Made by a program: the position numbers and the translations under genes
The notes under the pieces: model-generated
Told to the model about the DNA's origin: nothing
Database searches by the model: none
The model's input: the letters and a program-made list of their open reading frames with translations, nothing else
In this document: positions 50,706 through 58,815 of the stretch, piece by piece
Numbering within the stretch: the first letter of the stretch is position 1
How the letters are laid out: each line of letters begins with the position of its first letter
NCBI GenBank assembly: GCA_031554505.1
Contig: JAVBVI010000047.1
Location: forward strand, 28,885-92,884
Source: Bacteroides sp.
GTDB taxonomy: Bacteria; Bacteroidota; Bacteroidia; Bacteroidales; Bacteroidaceae
DNA length: 64,000 bases
Reading direction: 5' to 3'

Positions 50706-51263
50706 TTAAATACTAATCTCGTTTATATACTCCTGAAAACCATTCCTATCAACAATCCCATTACTGATCAGGAAATTCCTAACATTTTCTACTTTAACAA
50801 GCTCATCAGCAGTATGTTTACGTTCTCCCATTGTTCCGGTTAATTTAATAGCTCCGCCCGTAATCATATACACCCCCTCACCTAAGTTTAAAGCGTAAAT
50901 CCTTAACCAGGAATCATGTTTCGCATTTCGTTTATATACCACTTTACCTAACTTATGTTTTACTTTTTCAAAAAACGATTCTTTGTTTTTATGAGTAAGC
51001 GAATTAAAAACAGCTTTAAGATCATCTTCTGGTTTCATATCGAGAAACACACTTTCCAAAATATCGCTATCTTCAATAGTATCTGATATAGCGTCACTTA
51101 TTGAATCGACTTTGAAGAATTTTAAATCATCATAGTTTTCCCTAAAGAATTTATCTAAATACATCACATCATTCCATTGACTAAATAATCGGTACAATTC
51201 ATTATCTTTTTCGTTCTCATAACGAACAACCCATAAATTCTCAGAGATACAATCAAAGTTCAT
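50706..51263 (-). CDS. Putative RelE/Gp49-like toxin
   Basis: SWLRIYAL...YMITGGAIK motif; toxin-before-HTH gene order. Confidence 0.55.
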   Translation of the reverse strand: MNFDCISENLWVVRYENEKDNELYRLFSQWNDVMYLDKFFRENYDDLKFFKVDSISDAISDTIEDSDILESVFLDMKPEDDLKAVFNSLTHKNKESFFEKVKHKLGKVVYKRNAKHDSWLRIYALNLGEGVYMITGGAIKLTGTMGERKHTADELVKVENVRNFLISNGIVDRNGFQEYINEISI

Positions 51264-51361
51264 ACAATAATAGATTAGTTATACGCTACAAATATAATAC
51301 TTTTATCCACACAATCAACCTTAAGGTTGATTATATTCCCTTTTTCGTTCTTCTTTCAGCC

Positions 51362-51405
51362 ACTAAAAAAGGAGATGCTCCGCCTCGCCAGAACATCTCC
51401 TTTCC
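51362..51405 (-). terminator. Terminator after the muramidase, copy B
   Basis: AAAGGAGATG...CATCTCCTTT stem with a minus-strand T-tract. Confidence 0.8.
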
Positions 51406-51422
51406 TTATTATATAAACATCA

Positions 51423-52097
51423 CTACTCCCCAACAAACCGCCGGTAAGCCGCTTCGAGCTTCTCGTCATATCGATTCTGCCGGTAGCCCGGTCCGTTGTA
51501 CAACTCAGCAAACCGTGCCCAGTCGCACTTGCGCAAGGCCAACAGCATAGGTGTACGTCCGGCCGCCACACTCTCCGGCAGATACAGGAAACGTCCCAGC
51601 AGACACATCTGCCCCAGTTCTCCCTGGCACATCAGCTCCACGAAGCTCCTCACAGAAGGCATGCCGCACACCGCATAATTGAACCCCATCAACTGGAACA
51701 GTCCCCAACTGGTGGAAGCATCGGCCGCTTCGCGGTGCAGGGCGCGTGCACGTTCCAGCCGGTCGTACTCCGCCACTCCACCTTTATAATACTGCTTGGT
51801 CCACCCGGGGTACAAGATATCCTCACGCCCGGCAGCCAACGGGGCCGGATCTATGCCCCGCTTCTTCAGTTCGCGCCAAAAGACATGTCCCTCGAACAGA
51901 ATCGGCGGACGTCCGGGGATCAGCAGTCCCTTGCGACCGCCACTCTCCACTTGTTTCACCGCTTTCAGGGCGGCTACTTCTACTTCCAGCAATCCGGCCA
52001 GACCGCGATAATCCTCGTCGGTCAGCTCCGTATGCATCGGTCGCCCTTGAAGAAACAACGCTTCCCGGGCACTGTAATCACTCTTTGATGTACTCAT
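51423..52097 (-). CDS. N-acetylmuramidase (DUF3380, endolysin-type), no signal peptide
   Basis: AVKQVES, ILFEGHVF, STSWGLFQLMGFNY and FAELYNGPGY..N.YD.KL motifs. Confidence 0.92.
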   Translation of the reverse strand: MSTSKSDYSAREALFLQGRPMHTELTDEDYRGLAGLLEVEVAALKAVKQVESGGRKGLLIPGRPPILFEGHVFWRELKKRGIDPAPLAAGREDILYPGWTKQYYKGGVAEYDRLERARALHREAADASTSWGLFQLMGFNYAVCGMPSVRSFVELMCQGELGQMCLLGRFLYLPESVAAGRTPMLLALRKCDWARFAELYNGPGYRQNRYDEKLEAAYRRFVGE

Positions 52098-52531
52098 AGT
52101 TCCTGCATTTTAAAAGTAAAACGTTTCTTCTTATACTTGAACAGGGTTTCCGAATCTTCCAGGATATTGAAACACGACGCCAGTTCCTTGCAATAGGGAG
52201 CGCTCACAGGGAGAATCTTTTTACCGATGTACAACGTATTGCCGATGAATCCCTCTATGTGATGGATATTAACAATGTACGAACGGTGTACCCGCTTGAA
52301 CCAATCGCGGGGCAACTTCCGCTCAAAGTCGGTCAACGTATGCACCACTGTCAGCCGGTCGCCGGTCGACAAAAAAATATCACAATAACTTCCACTCGCC
52401 TGCACCCACATGATGTGGGCATACATAACCTTTCGTCTCATTTCTTTTTGCCTGATGAAGATGGCTTCACCCACACAACACTCTCGGAAGAAGTCGTGCC
52501 GCATTTCTTCTGTTTGCTTCATAGTTATCAT
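52094..52531 (-). CDS. Stand-alone LytTR DNA-binding protein
   Basis: FKRVHRSYIVN and LPVS motifs; no receiver domain; stop overlaps the muramidase start. Confidence 0.9.
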   Translation of the reverse strand: MITMKQTEEMRHDFFRECCVGEAIFIRQKEMRRKVMYAHIMWVQASGSYCDIFLSTGDRLTVVHTLTDFERKLPRDWFKRVHRSYIVNIHHIEGFIGNTLYIGKKILPVSAPYCKELASCFNILEDSETLFKYKKKRFTFKMQEL

Positions 52532-52711
52532 TTATTATTTCTGAACCTTACAAAATTAACAAATATCTCCACATCTACCACCCCGATTTGCCGAATTGTG
52601 GTTTCTTTTTTGTGATTGCGGCAAATTCCTTTTTTAAAAAGAAACCGCGGGCTCCGGCCAGCTTTTTTCCGTCGCCCACACAAACCGTTTCGCTCCCTCC
52701 CGCCCGTCGGG

Positions 52712-52719
52712 TACATTTG
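52712..52719 (+). promoter_or_regulatory. -7 promoter box for the plus-strand cluster
   Basis: TACATTTG about 45 nt upstream of ATG 52765. Confidence 0.6.
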
Positions 52720-52764
52720 CCCCGTAAGCTTACACGAGTATTCACTTTAATAAAACAAAAAATT

Positions 52765-54237
52765 ATGCCATCAACCATTCCGTACGATCCTTCCCTGATA
52801 CTGGGAAATGTGATCCACCCCGAGCGACTGAAAAACATCGAGGCCATCTCTGCCCTGCAAGCACCTGTGGATGCCGCCGAAGCCAACATGAACTCGCTCA
52901 TCTCCCTGAAACGAAGTGTCGACATGACCATCCAGGAAATGCTCGACATGCGTCTCGACGTGTCCGAACTGGTGGTCGAAGCCCAAGCCGTAGGCCAACT
53001 CATCAAGGCAGCCGCCCTGGACTACGGGCTCAAGAAGATTGCCAGCGAAAAGGCCATCCAGCCCCTGCGGTCGTTCGTACGTACCGTGCACGGGGAGATC
53101 GAAAGCCCGATCGACTACAACCAGAGCGACATCAAGAAGCTGGACCTGGGCAACGACTCCATGCAGATGAACGTACAGTACTTCTCCTGTGAGCAGAACC
53201 AGCAAAGTTCTTCCTCGCACGTGGCCAACATCGCCTCCTTCGTGAGCAGTTCGCTGAGCTACTTCGGCTCTTACCATGCCCAACAGGCTTCGGTAACTGC
53301 CCAGCAACAGGTGCACACGCAGATGTCCAACCACAGCATTGCCGGTACGCTGGTCATCAGCATCTCGTGTACCCACAAGGATGCCCGCGTCTTCGCCCCC
53401 TTTATCCTCGATGTGGACAAGGCGGTACGGGCCTGGAACACCATCCATCCGGGCGACATGATCAAGACCAACGATCCCGCGTCCATCACACAGACGGCCC
53501 TGCTCCAGGAAACGCCGGCCGACAAGGCGGTGTACTTGCTCTCGGGCTGTACCTACGGGTCGAGCTTCGTGGGCATGGTGCACATCCTCAACACCAGCCA
53601 CACAGTGTCCACCGAGCACATGGAGAGCATCGCCACGCAGATGCAGCAGAAGATGCAGTACGGTAGCTGGTTTGCCAAGATGTCGGGAGGTTTCGGCGTC
53701 GAAGCATCGTTTGCCGACGATGTGAAGAACCTGCTCAGCACCCAGAGCCTGCAGTCGCACTGCTCGCTGGTGACGATGGGCATCATCCCTTCCATCAAGT
53801 CGAACATCGTGAAAACGGCCGTGATGCAGTTTGTCGACTCCGAAGGGGCTAGCCCCCTGGAACAGTTGTCCAAGTTGCAAGGTGCCACCGCCGGCGAGAA
53901 CAGCAGCATCGCCTCCAGCGCCCGCGAAGCCATCACCGGCAGACAGATGGTGGAGCTGCAGAATGCCAAGATCGACGCAGCCATCACCGGCCTGTCCAAG
54001 ATGGAGGAGCAGGAAAACAGCATCATCAACGTCAACAGCATGATGACGGCCATGGACGACTACATCACCAAGTGTATCGAGACCGACAACAGCGTGGGCG
54101 TGCCCATCAACTATTTCCTGAAACCCATCACCAAGTCCATGATCACCCGCGCCTGGCTGAACCGCTACTATCCGGAGATGCTAAACCATGCCGGACGGGC
54201 GGACGACTCGGAGGACAACAAACCAGCCGAAGCATAA
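52765..54237 (+). CDS. Hypothetical protein A (490 aa): N-terminal coiled coil plus putative MACPF/CDC-like core
   Basis: Start ATG 52765 after an A-rich RBS; strongly biased codons; SGCTYGSSFVGMVHI..SLVTMG..GVPINYFLKPI pattern. Confidence is for the CDS; the fold is inferred. Confidence 0.75.
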   Translation: MPSTIPYDPSLILGNVIHPERLKNIEAISALQAPVDAAEANMNSLISLKRSVDMTIQEMLDMRLDVSELVVEAQAVGQLIKAAALDYGLKKIASEKAIQPLRSFVRTVHGEIESPIDYNQSDIKKLDLGNDSMQMNVQYFSCEQNQQSSSSHVANIASFVSSSLSYFGSYHAQQASVTAQQQVHTQMSNHSIAGTLVISISCTHKDARVFAPFILDVDKAVRAWNTIHPGDMIKTNDPASITQTALLQETPADKAVYLLSGCTYGSSFVGMVHILNTSHTVSTEHMESIATQMQQKMQYGSWFAKMSGGFGVEASFADDVKNLLSTQSLQSHCSLVTMGIIPSIKSNIVKTAVMQFVDSEGASPLEQLSKLQGATAGENSSIASSAREAITGRQMVELQNAKIDAAITGLSKMEEQENSIINVNSMMTAMDDYITKCIETDNSVGVPINYFLKPITKSMITRAWLNRYYPEMLNHAGRADDSEDNKPAEA

Positions 54238-54255
54238 TCATAGACTCGACGAACC

Positions 54256-55476
54256 ATGTCCGACTCCATCGCTTTCACACATCCCTCCTTAGTGCTCGGC
54301 CAACTGGCCGACACTAAGTTGATGGAACAAGTAGCCCGGATGGGCCACATCGCCCGGCAAACGGATGCGGCCCACCAGCGACTGAATGCACTGATCCGCA
54401 TGAAGCACTCCCTGATGATGACCCTGAACGAGCTTCATGGCATGGGTACACCGCTCGATACCCTGCCGGAGAAACTGACCGAGGTGGACCAGCAACTCCG
54501 GGAGGCGGCGACCGCCTATCTGAACACGTACCTGAACAATGAGAACCAGTTGTTCCAACTTCAATCGGCCTTAGCGTCCGAAGCATCGGTCAGCACTCTG
54601 CCCGAAACGCCTCTGAAGCTGGAAGAAACCACGTTGAAAGCTCATCCCTGGCACACTGCCTCCCTGAAACTCGACTCGCACTACTTCTCCCGGGGAGGCG
54701 GTACGAAAGAGGATATGGTGGCACAACTGGGAAACTTCGTCCGGAAATCCGGCGGAGCAGGAAGTGAGCAACTGGCCCGGGATGCCTCGGAACAGACTAC
54801 CCGGCAGGCCGAAAGCCACCGGTTGTACGGCACACTGGTGGTGACAGCCCAGTGCACGCACCGCAACATCGGCGTCATAGAGCCACAGGTGATAGATCCT
54901 GTCAAAGCGGTCAATGCCTGGAACACGCTCTACCCCCATGCACGGATAGAGTCGCCGAAAGAGGAAGCAAAATCGCCCGGTCCGTCCACGTCCGACGAGG
55001 CCCTGACGCTCCTCACCGGAGCCGTCTACGGGTCGAGCTTCGTAGGCATGGTGCACCTGATGCAGGAGGAAGGAACGCCCGTCAAGGACTTCGAAAGCAA
55101 CCGGGCCCGGCTGGAGGAAAAGCTACGGATAGGTGGCTGGCTCCAGGCACGGACCGGAAAGTTGGGGGTGGACCCGGAGATACTGGACGAAGTCAAGAGC
55201 TTCCTGATACTCCCTACAGTAACCGCCCACCTCAGCGTGATGACCATGGGCACCATTCCCCTGATCGGTTCCGGCAAGTCCTCGAAGGTGATGGATATCC
55301 ACTCGCTCATCGCAGCACTGGACAACTACCTTGCCGAGGTAAACGGCTATCATCAGGAGGCAGGCAGGGACGTGGCACAAGGTATTCCCATCGGTTACTA
55401 CACCCGGAAGCTGACACGGGGGGACATCGTACGGCTATCGTATCCGCCTGAAGACACGAATTCCACTAAAAAATAA
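54256..55476 (+). CDS. Hypothetical protein B (406 aa), shorter paralogue of protein A
   Basis: Shares PSL.LG, GTLV....CTH, KAV.AWNT..P, YGSSFVGMVH, TMG.IP and G.PI.Y with protein A. Confidence 0.75.
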   Translation: MSDSIAFTHPSLVLGQLADTKLMEQVARMGHIARQTDAAHQRLNALIRMKHSLMMTLNELHGMGTPLDTLPEKLTEVDQQLREAATAYLNTYLNNENQLFQLQSALASEASVSTLPETPLKLEETTLKAHPWHTASLKLDSHYFSRGGGTKEDMVAQLGNFVRKSGGAGSEQLARDASEQTTRQAESHRLYGTLVVTAQCTHRNIGVIEPQVIDPVKAVNAWNTLYPHARIESPKEEAKSPGPSTSDEALTLLTGAVYGSSFVGMVHLMQEEGTPVKDFESNRARLEEKLRIGGWLQARTGKLGVDPEILDEVKSFLILPTVTAHLSVMTMGTIPLIGSGKSSKVMDIHSLIAALDNYLAEVNGYHQEAGRDVAQGIPIGYYTRKLTRGDIVRLSYPPEDTNSTKK

Positions 55477-55499
55477 ATCCTTTTTAAAAACAAAAAATT

Positions 55500-56195
55500 A
55501 TGAGAACAAAGATTACACAATTGATTTTAGCCTTGGTTGTCATCTGTACAACAGGCAGCAACGCCCTGGCACAAACAACGGTTTACGAAGCCAGTACACA
55601 GATGAACGCCAAAGTAAAAAGTGGCAATTTCCTCACGGAAGTCAACCAGCTACCCGCCGATGACAAACTGAAGACCTTGGACACTCCCACCGTGACGGTA
55701 TGCGCATTGCTCCGTGGAGACAATTACCACACGTATTATAAGGATAGAGATTCGGTTAGCCTCGGCGCCTTCCTGTGGGTATTCGAGCCCGTCGATACCA
55801 AAGCCAGATTCAATGCCGTGAAAAGTCTTAAAACAATCAAGCGCTTCCGCCAGTTCCTGGGGTTGGACGACGTGACAGACAGGGATACCATCGTCTACCT
55901 GGAGGTGGAAAGAAAAGACATCTTCCGCCCGGCCTACGTCACCGATCCTACCAAGAGAATCGTCCCAGCCAAGGCTGGTGCTCCCTACACCCTGGATACG
56001 TCCGACGCGGTTATCCGGAGATGGTTCTTCGACCAACTGATCACCAACACCTATCCTTGGACACGGATGGGATACACGTACGACTGGGGAAACAACGTGC
56101 TTACCCCCCGCATCGGAGCCACGGAATTTGTGATCCGGAAAGATGCTAAATGTAAAATGGCAGGGTTTAAAACTTTTAATATTTTCATGCAGTAG
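55500..56195 (+). CDS. Secreted hypothetical protein
   Basis: Sec signal ending ALA-Q; conserved-looking RQFLGL, IFRP, YPWTRMGYTYDWG and GATEFVI motifs. Confidence 0.75.
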   Translation: MRTKITQLILALVVICTTGSNALAQTTVYEASTQMNAKVKSGNFLTEVNQLPADDKLKTLDTPTVTVCALLRGDNYHTYYKDRDSVSLGAFLWVFEPVDTKARFNAVKSLKTIKRFRQFLGLDDVTDRDTIVYLEVERKDIFRPAYVTDPTKRIVPAKAGAPYTLDTSDAVIRRWFFDQLITNTYPWTRMGYTYDWGNNVLTPRIGATEFVIRKDAKCKMAGFKTFNIFMQ

Positions 56196-56267
56196 CCGGA
56201 ACATTTTCTCCTGTGAAACCGTTTCATAAGAAAGATATACCATTAAAAAAACACGATTGATCATTCT

Positions 56268-58799
56268 ATGTTAATACACAGGCAGAAAGAAATTGACTCT
56301 CTGCGCCAGGCTTATCAAAGCCTGGTGCAGTCCAGCCGTTTACAAATACGCTTCATCACCGGCGAAGCCGGCAGTGGAAAAACGGTGCTGGCCAACCAGT
56401 TTATCGACGAAACAGCTCCCCAGGCCGAGCAAACGCTCTTCGTTTCTACCTATTGCAACATTCGTTCGGAGTATTCCATCCCTTACCAACCGTTCAAGGA
56501 ACTGCTCAGGCAACTGCTGCAGGATGCCGGCGAACGCGACAAACTCCAACGCACCCGTGCGGATAAGGTAAAGGAATCTTTTGCCTTCTGCGGACGAATG
56601 CTGCTGGAGCATGCCCCGGACTTGCTGGGCAACTTTATCCCCGGTGCACAGGTACTCTCGGCCATCGGGCAACAGTTCCTCAAAGACCCCAAAAACGATC
56701 CTTCGCCCACCTTCATCGAAGAGTCCAAGATACTGGAACAATACCTGGAAGCCCTGCGGGCTATCGCTGCCCGCTACCGGCTGGTGCTCTTCATCGACGA
56801 CCTGCAATGGATAGACCCGGCCTCGGTGAACCTGCTCTACCATCTGATGATGGGCTTGCAAAATGCTCCGGTAATGTTTCTGGGGTGCTACCGCAGCACG
56901 GACATCGACATCGCCCAGAGCGGCGGCGAACGGCATCCGCTCGCGAAGTTTATCACCGAGATGAAGATCCTGCGGGGCAATGTCTTCATCAACCTCGACA
57001 CACTAAGCGCCGACGAACGCAGGCAACTGATGAACGACATGCTCGACGCGGAACCCAACCAGTACGACCCGCTGTTCCGCGAAAAGCTCTTCGAACGTAC
57101 GGGCGGAAACCCGCTCTTCGTCAGCGAACTGATGAACTTGTTCAAAGACGAAGGGATGATCGTACGCAACTACGACGGCGTGCAGATGAACAACGCCCAC
57201 CTGCAATGGCGGTCGTATCCGGCACGCATCGAGGGCATCATCCAGGAACGCATCGGACGGCTGGAAGATTCGCTGGTAGAGATCCTGTCGCACGCCAGCG
57301 TACAAGGCTATAATTTCATCGCACAGGTACTTTCGCGCACCATGGGCGAACCGGAACGCGACCTGCTGATGAAGCTCTCCAAAACGTTGCAGAAGCAGCA
57401 CCACTTAGTGGCGGAAGGAAGTTGCATCCGTTCCGGAGGAGGCATGGTGTCGCAGTTCAACTTCTCGAACTACATTTTCCAGCAATACCTGTATCAGGAA
57501 CTGAGCATGACGCAACGTATGATGCTGCACGGTGACATTGCCGGTATCCTGGAAGAACTGTTCCGCAACGAGCCGGAGGAGGCATCGGGCGACATCGCCC
57601 GACACTACGAGATGTCCGGCGAGTACGAAAAGGCTATACGCTACATCCTCATCACCGTGGACAGCATGATGCGCATCTCCCGCTACGTAGAGGCCAACAC
57701 ATTAATTAATAAAGGTCTGGCCCTGCTCCCTGCCATACGCGACCCGCGCGAACAGAAACAAAACCGCCTCGCCCTGCTCCTGAAGCAATGCATCTGCTAC
57801 CGCTCCCTCAAAGGATGGGGAAGCGCCGAGGTAGAACAACTCTACCTGCAAACCCGTGACTTGTGCGAGGAGATGGGGCAGACGGAAAATACCGAAGTGA
57901 TCTCGTTCGGCATCTGGGGCATCTACCTCTCCAAGCTGGACCTGCACAAGTGCATCGAAGTGGCCCGTGAAAACAAAGCCCTGGGTCAGCAACTCCAAAA
58001 CCGCTCCATGATACTCACTGCCACTATCTCCATCGGCAACACACTCTTCTGGATGGGCCGCTTGTGCGAAGCCCAGACGGAGTTCGACATGTACCAGACA
58101 GAAGCCGAACGAGACAAGCAGGAGGGTGTGTTACGCACCGAGAACGATGAGATGAACGACCTCTTCGCCCGGATGTTTACCCTGCTCATCGCCCAACGGA
58201 CAGGCAACCTGCTACGGGCACAGGAGATGCAGAAGATTATCCGGCAAACAGTGGAAACGGGCAGGAACCACTTCTTCAACGTCATCGCCTACCAGGCGCT
58301 CAGTTGGTTTTACTACTTCGAGGGCAACAAGGAGTTGCTCAACGTCTACTCCCGGAAGTTGCTCGACGAGTCGGCCGAGTATCACTTTGCCTTCTACGAG
58401 GGCATCGGGAAGATGTTCCGGGGTAGCTCTATTCAGGAAGAAAAGGATCCTATGCCGGCTATCACCCTGATCGAAGCGGGATACGCCATCCTCAAAGCAC
58501 AAAGCGGTACCGACCCCACAGGCATGCACTCCATCTACGCCGTACTGCTCAGTCGCTCGCTGTTGGAAGCGGGCGAGGACGAACGATTCACCGCCCTGGT
58601 AGACCAGGGAATCCGGGTGTGCGAAACTCACGACGAACGCTGCTACCTCGACGAGCTATACCTCGCGAAAGCGGACTTCTTCCTCCGGAAAGGCGACACC
58701 GCGAACCGGGAACTTTGCCTGCAGAAAGCGCTGGAAGCAGCACGTGCCAACCAAGCCACCGGAAGCGAACAACGCATTCTTTCTTTGATGAAACACTAA
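56268..58799 (+). CDS. STAND-class NTPase (AAA_16/COG3899-like) with C-terminal TPR-like repeats and no fused effector
   Basis: R..E...L at the very N-terminus, Walker A GEAGSGKT, Walker B LFIDDLQW.D..S, TGGNPLFV (GxP), then a helical repeat C-terminal half. Confidence 0.88.
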   Translation: MLIHRQKEIDSLRQAYQSLVQSSRLQIRFITGEAGSGKTVLANQFIDETAPQAEQTLFVSTYCNIRSEYSIPYQPFKELLRQLLQDAGERDKLQRTRADKVKESFAFCGRMLLEHAPDLLGNFIPGAQVLSAIGQQFLKDPKNDPSPTFIEESKILEQYLEALRAIAARYRLVLFIDDLQWIDPASVNLLYHLMMGLQNAPVMFLGCYRSTDIDIAQSGGERHPLAKFITEMKILRGNVFINLDTLSADERRQLMNDMLDAEPNQYDPLFREKLFERTGGNPLFVSELMNLFKDEGMIVRNYDGVQMNNAHLQWRSYPARIEGIIQERIGRLEDSLVEILSHASVQGYNFIAQVLSRTMGEPERDLLMKLSKTLQKQHHLVAEGSCIRSGGGMVSQFNFSNYIFQQYLYQELSMTQRMMLHGDIAGILEELFRNEPEEASGDIARHYEMSGEYEKAIRYILITVDSMMRISRYVEANTLINKGLALLPAIRDPREQKQNRLALLLKQCICYRSLKGWGSAEVEQLYLQTRDLCEEMGQTENTEVISFGIWGIYLSKLDLHKCIEVARENKALGQQLQNRSMILTATISIGNTLFWMGRLCEAQTEFDMYQTEAERDKQEGVLRTENDEMNDLFARMFTLLIAQRTGNLLRAQEMQKIIRQTVETGRNHFFNVIAYQALSWFYYFEGNKELLNVYSRKLLDESAEYHFAFYEGIGKMFRGSSIQEEKDPMPAITLIEAGYAILKAQSGTDPTGMHSIYAVLLSRSLLEAGEDERFTALVDQGIRVCETHDERCYLDELYLAKADFFLRKGDTANRELCLQKALEAARANQATGSEQRILSLMKH

Positions 58800-58815
58800 A
58801 TGCACAATAAATCAT

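Noticed and set aside
45741-52097. Intact prophage
   Set aside because: There are no integrase, terminase, capsid or tail genes.
52588-52764. 59-aa N-terminal extension of gene A in the ORF track
   Set aside because: It overlaps the promoter. ATG 52765 has an A-rich RBS and aligns with the start of paralogue B.
52771-53880. 369-aa minus-strand ORF opposite gene A
   Set aside because: A shadow of biased codon usage; gene A is supported by its paralogy with B.
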